From assembly GCF_009914755.1 (NCBI RefSeq), contig NC_060928.1: DNA of 64,000 nucleotides. One strand, given 5' to 3'. Shown one piece after another: positions 27,334 to 41,320 of this stretch (the stretch's first letter is position 1; each line of letters opens with the position of its first letter). This stretch comes from the human T2T-CHM13v2.0 reference genome, Homo sapiens. The notes below the pieces were generated by a model, which was not told the DNA's origin, made no database searches, and saw only the letters and a list, made by a program, of their open reading frames with translations. The position numbers and the translations under genes were made by a program.

Positions 27334-27363
27334 GATTACCTTTCTAACGATTACCTTTCTAAT
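27334..27363. repeat. 15-bp tandem duplication
   Basis: gattacctttctaac / gattacctttctaat. Confidence 0.9.
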
Positions 27364-29358
27364 GCTTAGGGTATATAATATATTTGTGTAAATTAAATTT
27401 CCAATAGGAATTTGCCCATCCCTAGAATTGTTTGAGGTGAGGCTAGATTATCACCCGTTAGAAAGGGTAAAGATATTTCAATGGATAAAAGTATGGATAC
27501 CAGATACTTACTTCTAAATATGATCAGTTCATATTAGTTTTTACCTTAAAATCTTTGATTTTTCCTCTTTGCTTTGAGGACAGAGTACAAAACACTTTAA
27601 ATCATTTTATAAATCTATCTGCAACTAGACTCATTGATTTCCTTATCCTCTTATCTTACCAATCACCAGCTTAAATTTTTGGCTTCAACTATTTTAAATT
27701 GTTAGCTCCCCAGATATACCATAAACTTGCCTTCAGCTGGTGTAAAAGCTGTTCAGTTATCTTTACCCTTTTTTTCTCTTTCACCATATCTATATCTACA
27801 AATCCCCTACATGTTGCTTTCCTTCAGATGATTGTCCAGCAGATATTCTGAGAAGGGGATCAATGACTTTCTTATGTAGTCCCATAGCATCTAGTCTTGA
27901 ACTGATGATAACACCCCAACCACTGACTTTTCCCATTACCATGTCTGCATTGCTCCACTAGATTAGAATAATCTTAAATAATCGTGTGTTATTCATTTCT
28001 GTCTCCCGAACAACTGCCAGAGTGTTATAACACTCAGTATTCGACAGGTAGTATATATACATACTCAGAGTCACATTTTAGTATAGGGAGGATTGATGAG
28101 GTCATTTATTTTCTGATGTGCTAAAGGAAGTTTTATGTTATAATGGTAGGTGCCTAGAAATGACTCTATGTGGCTAGTTAAGCAAGGGGCTTAAAAACCA
28201 CAGCAGAATATGGCAATTACTGATCCCAACATATGTTTATCATAGTGAAATTTGATCTTTTGATTTACCAATCTATTCCCTCCTTTATTGATCTAGGGAG
28301 GATCTTTGACAGATCAATTGGCTCATCTTTAAGTCAACAGATTATTTCACATCCTTAACAGTAAAACAGTGGCTAAAAATGTAAACAAACAAACAAACAA
28401 AAAAACTTAATTCTTAAAATAAAAATTTTTTGATTTGGAAATATGTCAGCAATGCTTATTACGGAAGAATGAATCCACAGTTCCAATGATGAAAATGTTT
28501 TCTTGAAATACAACTCTTATATTAAGATATGAACTCAATTAGTCTTATTAAAACCTTCTTTTATTTTGATCTCACTGTCTACTCACTTTCTGCCAATAAA
28601 AATTCTTAAATTTGTAATTTATAATCTATATCTAAATACAGTTAAATTCTTCTCAATGTATTTCCTCTGTATTGAGCTACATTTTTAATTATGTGTGTCT
28701 TATACTATTTCTTTATAGCCTGATGTGTTGTACTTTTCACCAGTTCATTTTTCTAACTAAAGATATTAATGAGATAACTGTTTCCATTTATATTTCTAAA
28801 ACTGTGTTTTAAAATTACATAAAATATGACTATGGATTTATTAAATTTCATGTGATGAAAAAATACATACATCTCAGTCTCAGTCATTAATTCTTGAAGT
28901 CTAAATTGTATCTATACTTCCCAGGACCTGAAAAAGGAAGAGCTCAATAAATATTGGTTTAATTAATGTAACAAAATGAATGGGCATATGTATTAAACTA
29001 TGAATTTGAAGCTATCAATTATATTCTCATTTGACTGAAAGACCCTAAATTGTTAAATTGTCCATTTGTATTCAAGTACTGCATTGTTGACATAAATACA
29101 TAATAATAATTTACAAAATAATTGGGGAAGAGAAAACTCCAAATTCTCTATGCCATTCTTCTTTCCAACTGCTTTTTTTCTTTTTTTTTTTCACTGAGAG
29201 CAAAAGGAGGCACTTACAGCAAACTGTGTTTTGTTTTAATTATTAGAGTATATGTTTTGTCTATTTCCTCCTGTTTATTATATGAATATTAAGATCAGTG
29301 TATCACAAAAAGTAAAGGTGTCATGGAAATATCAAAAACTTGTTTTAAAAACAAAGCA

Positions 29359-30113
<755 letters not shown>

Positions 30114-30416
30114 GTCTTCTATAGGACAGACGGAAGAGTGAATGATGCAGACACAAATCCTACTCTTCAGGAGCTTCTGTTATGGTAACGTTAAAATATG
30201 CAAGACTTGGTTATTAAACATATGCTTTATTGTTTAATTGAGGTTTTAATATAGAGAATTATTTTTAACACTCCACAACAAACCTTTGCCTAAAAATCAT
30301 TTACCTCTATATGACAGTATTTTCCTTCTGGGCAACAGAAAAATGCACTGACATTCAGTGATAAGAAATAGTGCTAAGATATTATTATTAATTATTTATA
30401 AATATCTTCATAATCA

Positions 30417-30843
<427 letters not shown>

Positions 30844-31139
30844 TTATTTATCTTGAAGACACATTTCACTTTTACTACTTCACAGAGAATTCTATAATTG
30901 GCAGCATAAACAAAAGCATGCTACATTTACCATCTAAAATTGTTCTCATTTTTCATGGATTTTAAACTACATAAAAGGGGACTATTGTATTCAAATATTT
31001 TTCATGTTGGACAAAAGAAGAGCTGGTTTAGGTATCCAATGCAATTATAAAGTCTACTATGCAATTAAAAATTATATTTTTATAATGAATTAATTACTAA
31101 TGTTAATGATGATAAAAAGCCATAAGAACAACATTAATA

Positions 31140-31290
31140 ATATTAGTTAATATTTATTGAGCAGTTACCATGTACTAGTTATTGTACTAAATTATTTGCT
31201 TACCTTATCTAATTTAACCCCTCCACAATTATACTAAGTAGATACCATTATTGTAATATAAAATCATTATTGAAAATTATAATTATTACT
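31140..31290 (-). mobile_element. MIR fragment
   Basis: taatatttattgagcagttaccatgtactag...aatttaacccctccacaat. Confidence 0.6.
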
Positions 31291-31309
31291 ATATACAATT
31301 AAGAATGAG

Positions 31310-32060
31310 GGTTCCTCATTTTTCTCAGAGTAAAAGCAAGTAGCTATGCATCGGCATATAACGACATACACAGTGTTGCACACTGAACATTACTTGACCA
31401 CACTTCTCTTCTACCTTTCTCTTACTCCATTGTAGAAACTCTGGCCAACTTGCTCATCCCAAAGCAAACCAGGCATCTTATTTACTGGATGTGCCATCTA
31501 CTTGGAGCAACTTTGACAAAAGGACGTGTGACTTCTCTCTTCCCCTCCTTCTATTCTTTGCTCATATTAAGCTTGCACCTTCTTAATGAGGCCCACACTC
31601 ATCATTGCATTTACAATTTTAATCTACTCACTCTCCTCCATTCCCCTCATCTTGTCCTTTTCCATTTTTCCTTTATGACTTGTCACCTTCTAGCATACTG
31701 TGCTAGAACTGAGAGATATTCTGCTAGAACTGAGATTGGCAAATTACATCCTGTAGGCCAACTTCAGCCCAACTCCTTTTTCTTCTTTTTCTTTGTAAAC
31801 AAAATCTTACTGGAACAAGGACATGCTCATTCAATAATACATTATCTATGGCTGATTTTGTGATACAGTGGCCAAATTGAGTAGTGGCAGCAGCAATTCT
31901 TGACCTGCAAGGCTGAAAATATTTACTCTATATCTTTTCACAGAAAAATTTGCTGACCCTTGTCACAATATTCATTTCAATAGGTGACAGGATCATTCTT
32001 TGCTCATATCTGTATTCCAATGTCTTGAAAAACAAATTAAAATTTTTTGAATAAATGAAT
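31310..32060 (+). mobile_element. L2 3' fragment interrupted by MER58A
   Basis: cagagtaaaagcaag..., ctggccaacttgctcatccc..., tail ttttttgaataaatgaat. Confidence 0.55.
31730..31962 (+). mobile_element. MER58A hAT-Charlie MITE
   Basis: attggcaaattac...tttgtaaacaaaatcttactggaaca...cctgcaaggctgaaaatatttactct...aaaaatttgctgacccttg. Confidence 0.85.
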
Positions 32061-33869
32061 TATTTAGCCCATTCTTCTCTATTAGACACCCATACGCTAG
32101 TACTATTATAAATACTTTGTCAAATATCAACATAATGGAGGAGGAAGATTTTAAGGCAGACAAAATAACAAAGTTTAAAAAAAAAATTAGGTACAGTAGA
32201 TTCATCATATAACTGGATAGATAAATATGACTATTTTTTTAAGCTAGAGTTTGCTACTCAAAGATTTTTCTGACAGATGGATCTTGACTTTCCCAACCAC
32301 AAAATCGGTATCTTTTAAAGTCCAACTAAAGGCTCATCTTTCTTTTTTCAATTCCTTTTCAATTACTTTAATCTAAAATGTGTAGGATGAATTTTAATTT
32401 CTCTATCCCCTAGTAATTCCAGTATTAGAGTGAGCATTTAGTTACATGCTAACTCAGAACCCCGATAGCAAAAGTTTCTACAGATGTAGATATAGTAATT
32501 CTGCCAAATTACGTTAAAAAAAAAAAAGCTGCTTTCTTGCATGCAAGAAGTTTGTCTTACTTTTCTTAGTCCACAACAACTAATACTGTACTTTGAATTT
32601 CGGGTTCATCTGTAAGCATTTGATTTTATTTTAGTTTATATTTTACCATGCTGAAAATAATTTAGAACCTGCTTGGTACCTATCTTTATATACGGAATAC
32701 AATAGTTCTTATTTACTGAAGCAGTAAAAGTAGCTAAATTTTTTTTAATCATTAGAAATTCCTAAAAAAGAACTTCTCAAATACCCAGCCCTCTCTTTCT
32801 TTATCCCAGGTGTAAATATCACATCTGTGCCTTTGGCACTCTACTTTATTTAGGATAATATTAGAAAGTGTTGACATGTGAGAGGTGGATACCAGTTTTC
32901 ATTTGAAAGCCATCCAACTTCAGAGAGGAGGTATTATTTCAAATAATTAGAGGAGTGAATTAAAGTCAGAATTTATAAAATCTAGATTAATTTTTAACTC
33001 CACTATAACAAGCATCGTCATCATTAGTTTACTCATTTGCTCAATAAGCATCTTAAATATCCATTTGTGCAGACCTTGCTGAGAGACTCTCTGAATACAA
33101 AGGGGACTAACATTTGATACTTTCCATAAAGGAGCCAACAAATCTGGAGATGTGAACAGACATGGAGAGTTACCCATGAATTCACGTTTGAATTCTACAT
33201 TCAAAAGAGTATTTGCAAGGTTTACATGGACTTGGTCCAATCTGTACAAGCAAATATTTTACAATTAAGTTTATTTTTTGTTTGCTTTTCGTACCTATAC
33301 ATGAGGATTAACTTTATATGTTTTTTCTAAGTTTCCTGTAGTTTCATTAGTTTCTTTAAAAAGTTCTGGAAGTTTCTATTAAAAAAACAACAACAAAATA
33401 TCTTCCACCTTTAAGACAATCCCTAACACTGCTCAAATAGATTGTGTTACTGAAAGATTTTTATAGTTTCCTCCTTTTTTGAAAATGATTTATTACAAAA
33501 AATTCTTAAACAGCAAACTTTCCCCTGAATGTATTTACAATTCTTCTGAACACATTCTGACCATCTTTATTTCATGTGATCTCTTGGTGTTCTCAATGCA
33601 ATTGTTAAATATTGTCACTATTTGGCACCTATGTAGTTTTCTCTTTGGAGTTATATAATCATCTGTATGAAATTTATCTCCTTGTTTATAATCATTTTAG
33701 ATATCTGAGGGCAAGAAACATGTACTTTTTTAAAAATAAAATTACATATTACCCTTAAAACAGTACTTTGTTAGATGTTCAAAGACATTCTGAATGAATG
33801 AATCATGAAAAATAATGAAAAATAAATTTACCATGTAATACACACTTAACTCATGGTTGAACATATTTG

Positions 33870-34215
33870 GTCTGTCTGGTCGGCACTTCCAGCAGATAGC
33901 TTCATCCTTTGCTCTCTCATTTCTTTCCAAAGTCTGTTGAACATTATCTTAGAGAGACTCTCTGGGACTATCCTATATAAGAACACAAACCAGGTCCCTT
34001 TGACCCTTGCTATACATCCCCCTACATTACTTATTCTCATATCTCTTGTATTCTGAATATTCTCTCATCTATCTATTATCCATTGTCTATTTATCGCTCC
34101 CAAACCTAGAATAATGTTCCATGAGGGGCAAAGATTTTCATCTGCTTTCATTTTTGCTGTTTCCCTAGCATATCAAATAGTGTCTAACATAAAGTAGGTA
34201 TTTTATAAATACCTT
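33870..34215 (+). mobile_element. L2 3' fragment
   Basis: ctagaataatgttccatgaggggcaaagattttcatctg...tagtgtctaacataaagtaggta. Confidence 0.65.
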
Positions 34216-34505
34216 TTATTTGTACTATCAATTGCACCTTTCTAAAATAGTAGAATAATGACCAAATTCTATTTGTCTTTCTTAAATGTTAACTTGTTCT
34301 GTCATTTACTCCATAACTCTCAAGTGTACAATATGTGAATAAAATATTATTTAAATTTAGCTATTAATTTTAAGTTATAACTGGCTTTGTTTAGCTCCTA
34401 TTTAAAAGTAATAAACTGAAATTTAAATACTTCAAAATGTTACCTTATCCCTTTATAGGTGACTTGTAACCCAATAATTAATTCAACATTTATTAAGAAT
34501 ATTGA

Positions 34506-34770
34506 TACAGCATGTTCTCACTTATAAGTGGGAGCAAAACATTGAGTACACATGGACACAAAGAAAGAAAAATCAGACATTGGGGCCCACTTGAGGGCGG
34601 AGGGTTGGAGGAGGGTGAGGATCAAAAAACTACCTATTGGGTACTATGCTTATTACCTGGGTGAAGAAATAATCTGTACACCAAACCCCTACCAAACCCC
34701 TATAATATGCAATTTACCTATATAACAAACCTGCACAGGTACCCCTGAAACTAAAATAAAAGCTAAAAAG
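34506..34770 (+). mobile_element. 5'-truncated L1 3' UTR (L1PA15/16-like)
   Basis: catgttctcacttataagtgggag...acctgggtgaagaaataatctgtacaccaaacccc; flanked by a gaatattg TSD core; internal 11-bp duplication accaaacccct. Confidence 0.9.
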
Positions 34771-35070
34771 GAATATTGGTATATCATTTTTACAAATTCC
34801 TGTGAAATACCTAGAGGAGAAAATCTCATTTTTTATAAAGGAATACCAATACAAAATGTTTTCCTTTCTCTTTTGCCTTTAAATTATTTAACTAATGAAA
34901 ATTTATAGAAAATTAACAATCTTATTTAAAATGTTGATTATGAAAATGCTACCTAAAGGTTCAGGATTTTTAGGGCACTACAAAGATACTCATTTTAGAT
35001 TAAGGAAGAATAAGCGCAGCTTAATACATGTTTGTCATCAGCCCTTCTTCCTGTGATGCTTCCATTTCCC

Positions 35071-35405
35071 TTATTTATTTTTATTTTCATTTTTCTCAAA
35101 TTTATGTTTTTATTTATTTATTGATAGGGTCTCACTCTGTTGCCCAGGCTGAATTACAGTGGTACAATCATACTTCATTGCAGCCTGTAACTCCTGGGCT
35201 CAAGTGATCCTCCCACCTCAGCCTCCCCACTAGCTAGGACTACTGGTGTGCACCAACATGCCTGGCTAATTATTTCTATTTTTGGTAGGTAGAGGGTCTC
35301 ACTTTTTGTTGTCCAGTCTGGTCTCAAACTCCTGGCTTCAGGTAATCCTCCTGCCTCGGGCTCCCAAAGTCTTGGGATTATAGGCATGAGCCACTGCACC
35401 CGGCT
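35071..35405 (-). mobile_element. Alu SINE (AluJ-like)
   Basis: aactcctgggctcaagtgatcctcccacctcagcc J-type diagnostics; degenerate T-rich tail. Confidence 0.93.
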
Positions 35406-35769
35406 CCCTTCTTTTTACTTTTCTAATCAGTTGGGGCAATTTCAACACAGAGGAGTATGAAATACACAAAACCTAACAACCAACTAGTGTTTAAATTTTT
35501 TATGCCTGTCCACAGAATCTTGTAGAGAAACTATGCATGTAACTACCTGGAAGAAGCATTCTAGGTACCATGTAAACTATTGCTTTAATTAGAGCCCTGG
35601 GCTGATTGGATGAGAGAAGGCTCTTGACTCCATGGGATTGCAACCAATGTATTGAGACAACTAGCTGGCTCAAGGAGCTGTCTTGGAGCAATCAGATGTT
35701 GTTCTTGAATATGTAAAAGAAAAAGCACAGGCAATTTTAGAAGCCAATGGTAAATATGCAAACTTTTAG

Positions 35770-36040
35770 CTCATTCAATTATTCATTGATTAAACAGATG
35801 TTTTTTGAACCTCTGCTACATGCCAACTGTTGTCCCAAACACTGGGGATAGAACAGTAAATAAAACAAAATGTAAATTCAATACATCCATAAATATATAT
35901 CATAATGAAAAGAGAAAAATTAACAAAGAAATAAATAAAATAGCTAGTATGTCAGATGGTGATTAAAAAAACCACAGAAATAAACTGAGTGGAATAGGAG
36001 TATAGGGAGTACAGAAGGTGGGGTATTGCCTCATAGACCA
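35770..36040 (-). mobile_element. L2 3' end
   Basis: tcattcaattattcattgattaaacagatg...cactggggatagaacagtaaataaaaca. Confidence 0.65.
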
Positions 36041-36828
36041 AATAAAGATATTAATATTTGATGTTAGGAAATGAGGCATGACCCAGGAGACCTGGAATTT
36101 CTGTGAGGTTTCACATTAACAGATACAAGGAGTAATGGAATTGATTTTTATGATTTTTTTAATATCCATTATTGAAGATAAGGTTGTAAGTGTTGGAGGA
36201 GAGGTGGGCAGTGGCGGACTTGCAGAAGCACACAGAGCTCTGAGAAATCTGCTTAATTTACCAAATAAACATGCTAAACCAAAGAAAGGTCAAGTGTATC
36301 TGGAGCAGGCAGAGCTGCTGAGCACCCTCTTGGTTGCTGTCAATGGAGGTGTGGGTAAGTGTAGGGAAGGCAGCCTCATCTGGAGCACATGTTGCTCTGG
36401 GGCACCTGGGAGATCTCCTAATTGTCATAATAAATAGTTGGGTTGGAAAGTTGAGTGGAACATATAAAATACAATTAAGCAAATATCTAAAAATCAGGAA
36501 AATGGAATTTGCAGGTTTTCTCTCCAGGTTCTGCCAGTGTGAAGAAAGTGAGTGTGATTTGGTAAATTGAAGTACTAAAAAAATGACTGCTATGGAAAAT
36601 GTGGAAATGCCAGACATAATATTTTATCAGTGGTTTCCATTCAGTTAATCACACACTTTATTATTCAAAGAAACTGAGATAAACTGAGATAAACATCACT
36701 GGCTTTCTGGGATTCTTGAAACTTCCTGAATTTTTAGAATATGGGTAGTTTTCAGTGACCTTTTTCTTCTAGTCCCTCCACATATTTTGTAAACACCTAA
36801 TTCCCTGTATTAAATCTTTCCTGCCTGA

Positions 36829-36950
36829 AATATATATATTTGTTTATATATATTTATAGATATTTATGGATATTTATATATATTATATATATTTATATAT
36901 GTGTATATATATTTATATATGTATATTTGTATATATTTATATATATATAA
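36829..36950. repeat. Degenerate (TA)-rich low-complexity tract, probably inside an old LTR 3' end
   Basis: Read directly; preceded by ccctgtattaaatctttcctgcctgaaata, an LTR-like polyA-signal region. Confidence 0.85.
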
Positions 36951-37236
36951 TTAAGTCTGTTTGCTTGAGTCTACCTTGGCTAATATGACAATGGGGTTTA
37001 ATTTAATAACAGAAAATCAAGCAGACATGCACAGTGAGACAGAAGTAAGGAATATCATGTTGACTCTGATGAAAGAGAGGAAACGTCCTGATCAGGAAAC
37101 ATTCACCTGTTTCCTGATAACATTTTTCCCATAAATGCCTTTTTTACTTCATTTTCTGATCACAGATTGATATCTGTGTCTTTATAATAAGCTCCTTTAT
37201 TCTAGCCCATTTGAGTGGTTTCCTTTTATTGACTGC

Positions 37237-37651
37237 TATGTTAATTGGCTAGGGTTGCATAATAAAATAACACAGATTGGGTGGCTTAACCAATAGAAAT
37301 TTATTTTCTCAAAGTTCTGGAGACAGGAAGTCCAAAATCAAGGAATGTCGGAAAGTTTGGTTGCTTCTGAGGGTCATGAGGGAAGATTCTGTTTCAGGAA
37401 GTTCTTAGCTTGTAGGTGACCATATTCTCCCTTTATCTTGACATTGTCCGCTCTCTGTCACTTCCTGTGCCCAAAATTCCTTTTCTTAAAAGGACACCAG
37501 TCATGTTGAATTATGGTTCACCTTTACAATCTTATTTTAAATTAATTACCTTTTTAAAGACCCTCCCTCCAAATATAGTCACATTCTGAGTTACTGGGAG
37601 TTAAGACATTAACATATAAATTTTAGGAGTGACAAAATTGAGCCCATTACA
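37237..37651 (-). mobile_element. MaLR LTR, MLT1B-like
   Basis: cacagattgggtggcttaa...ttctggagacaggaagtccaaaatcaagg...aaggacaccagtcat...ccaaatatagtcacattctgag. Confidence 0.85.
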
Positions 37652-40600
37652 GTTACTAAAATAGAATTCATTCTAAAATCCCAGAAAATTACTTTCAAGA
37701 CATAGAATAATATTTCTAATTGAAACATATTTATAGAACTTTTATCATAGTGTAGGTTCTCTGCACAGCATATATATAATTTATAAAACAACCATAGCAA
37801 GTCAGTATGTTTTTATCTTCATTTTATAGAGTACTCAGTTAAGGGTCTGAGATGTTAGGTAACTGGCCCCATGTCACATATCTATTCTGACATCAGTTAA
37901 CAGTGAGCTATTTTGGATGGTTGTAAATGGGGCAGGAAGATGTGGAAGATACACTATCAGAGATAAGATAATAATAGCAATGATCTCATTGAAACCAATG
38001 GTTTCCACCCTTAGAATCTGAAAATAGTAGGTTGTCATACCTGGAAATTGTTTTGCTGTTGAAAATTGTGTTTTTTGGTTTATTTGTTTTTGTGTTTTTG
38101 CTTCTTGTTCTTTGCCTTTCTACCTATCTGATGACATAATTTTAGAACTTCTCAGGCCACATTTGTGATTTTGATGTGTTGATAATCTGGAAAATGTCAA
38201 TAGTGAATTTACCAAAGGGCCTAAAATTCATCTTATAGAACCAATATTGACATATACTGCTATAAGAAATGTATTAGTTTGAAATAATGTTTTTTTTTTA
38301 TTTTATAAAATTCTCTGGGAAGAATTTGGCATGATTGATCCAAATTGGGTGGAAAGCAATAAGATGCAAAGACAGAGAGGAAGAGAGACAGAAAAAGAGA
38401 GAAAAAGAGTTTCTGTAGTTCAGTATTTCAGGAAATAGTAGATATTTGTTTTCACAATGATTTATTTGGTATCATAGTAAATGAAACTGCTAAAGAATCC
38501 TCAGATTTATTAAACAAAAGAAAACTTACCTATATGATGAGCACCTTGACTTGGAAAAGGGAGAGGCTCAACAAAAACTATCTTCACTCAAAAGTTTACT
38601 CCATGATTAGGAAGTCCCCAAAGTTAGTAATTCACACAAAAACTATTTGAATCACTGTAAAAGATGTTTAAATTTTTATTTCCAAGGTTCACTAATACAT
38701 TCGTTTTGAGAAAGTTATTAGTTTGGTCACTTCAGCTAGTACAAATACATGACATAACTATTTTGTGCCCAGAATCTTGTTAGGTACCAGAAGAAACACG
38801 AAGAAAATCTATGCTTCAGTTCTTACCCACAACTGAGTTACTGTCTTCTGAAGTCAAAGATTAAATAAGTGAAGAGATCAGTTGAGTTTATTAACACAAT
38901 AAAATACTATCAATTTGGGTGACTTTAACAGTAATAAAAAACTCTCCAACTATTTCAATAAAAGACCTCTTTATACTTTTTCCATGAATTCTAGATTTTG
39001 AACTATTTTCTAAAAAAATGGACTTCTACTGCCAATTAAAAATAAATAAATTCCTAGATGCTTGGAATGATAATCATGTCTTTTATTGTTCTTGTATTTC
39101 TTATTCGTATGGCTAATGTAAATTATGGAAATCAGCACTAACTGTAAGAACGAATAAAAAATGATGTGTATAGATGTCCATGAGGAGAAGTTTCTGGACA
39201 ACGTGAAACATATATGAACACTAAAAGAAAAGTAGGTTTTCAGTAAGAGTTGGGCAAATAATTATGAAAAGTGAATATAATCACATTGGCCATTATTTTA
39301 AGTCATTTGTATATTATTCTGTATGCATAAGAAGCAGTGGTATTTCCTTCCTGCCATGTGTGAAAGACATGGATGGTGATTAAAGGATAAACTTGGCTTT
39401 AATCTTTGTCTTTTCTTTGTTGCCAATTGCTTTGCCAGCTCCAAGAGTTAAAAGAATGTCAGCCTCATAGTGGGCCATATAAAGGGGCAACCTGATGAAA
39501 TAGAAGAGAAATAAAAATTCCATTGCAAGATAATTATGGAATCATGTACAAACTTTTAAAGGTTAATGAGCTCTCTAGAGGAGATTAATTATGCTGTGGA
39601 ATCTGTTGTCTGCCCATAATCCATTTTCAACATAATCCTAGTTGTGAAGATTTGACATATTACAGGTAATTTGAGGTGAATGTTAACTTTGAAAATGGTA
39701 ATTGAAGTAATGCGAGCTCCACTGATATTAAAAGAAACATCATTTGGTCAAGATATGAAACAGAAGAATTTAAAATTTACTGGTTAGAAAACCCAGAACA
39801 CACCTTAATGATAAAAAAGTAAAGTAAATGACCAAATAATTGATCTATGATTTCATTCATTGAGGTATGAAACAAAGTGAGACCTACTTTTCATACGTCT
39901 TTTATATGAATTTTCAAGTATATCACTAAGCAAATTATTTCTTTTTAGTTAAATAATGCAATGATAGGAAAAGACAAATGATACAAAGAAAAAAGTTTAG
40001 TAGAACAAATTTGAAGCACCTAGGTAGCTTTAACTGAAAGAAGAGGAATACAGCATGATGTGAGTTTGAGACAGTCCATTTCTCCTTCGTGTTTTCTCTA
40101 AGGTCACACACTCTATGAGAAGATGAAGACTTACCATGCACATTTACTAGGGGCAGTTAATTCATTAATTAGGGAAATGAGTTAATGTAAAAATAGTTTG
40201 TAAAATTAAATTGGTGAAATTGGTGAAATTAGTGAAATTATTCTTTCATATAAAAAAGGTAAGCCTCTCAAAAGATTTTTGTTTTTGTGCATATGTTATC
40301 GAATTTTAATAAAATTGCGGGGTCTGCAGAGGATATTTATAATAGAAAATATTTTAAAAAGCCTGATCTTGAATTTTAGACACTGCTGTCCCACTAGCTA
40401 CAGCTGGCTCAGGAATAAAATTCTCCAGCCTTTCTTCTCTGTTAAGAGTGCATATCCACGTTACCTTCCCTCTGGATCCAGCAGGTATTTAATCTTCAAG
40501 ATTGTCACTACCAGAGAATAGTTTCAAAACTAGTATTATTTTATTATGTGAGGTAATATAATTTCCCTTTGTATAAATATTCACAAACTAGACTAAGCGC

Positions 40601-40714
40601 TACCTTTTCACCACTTTCTTTTTTATAACATTTTTCTCCTACACACAACGAGCTATTGACCACTGAACATAATTTATTTTTGACTTATAACATAGGCATG
40701 AGATTGTCATTCCT

Positions 40715-41320
40715 TTTTATTCTGCAGCTTTACTGAGCCATAATTATCATATAATAAACTGCACATCTCTTAAGTTTGCAACTTAATATGTTTTGACATA
40801 CTAATATAATTGTAAAACTATTACAATTAAGAAAATGAATGTATCAATCACCCCCCAAAATTTGTGCCCCTTTGAGTGACCTCTTTCTTGCCTATTCCTA
40901 CCCCTCACTATTACCAGACAAACTCTGATCTGTTTTCTATCACTATAGATCAATTTGTTACTTTAGGATTAAAATAAATGAAATCATACGGTATGTATTT
41001 TTTAAAATCTGGCTTCTTTTATTCAGAATAATTATCTTGAGTTTCATCCATAGTGAATACATATTGTAGGATGTATCAATAGTTCATTTCTTTTTATTTG
41101 CTGAGTACTAGTTCATTGTATGGATACATCATAGTTAGTTTATACATTTACACATTGATGGACATTTGGTAATTGCCATTTTGGGGCTGCTGCAAATAAA
41201 GCTCCAGTACACATTTGTTATTCATATATTTCATAGACATATAAAATTTCATTCCTCATGGACAAAAAGCTAGAATTGAAATTGTTGGTCATATGGTGGA
41301 TGTACATTTAACTTTTCCAA
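40715..41320 (-). mobile_element. Old L1 (L1ME-like) 3' end
   Basis: cagctttactgag...ataataaactgcacat...ctgatctgttttctatcactatagat...gatggacatttgg. Confidence 0.75.

Noticed and set aside
36671-36694. 10-bp tandem aaactgagat x2 and other tiny duplications (801-836, 27334-27363, 31701-31735)
   Set aside because: Ordinary slippage-type micro-duplications with no sign of function.
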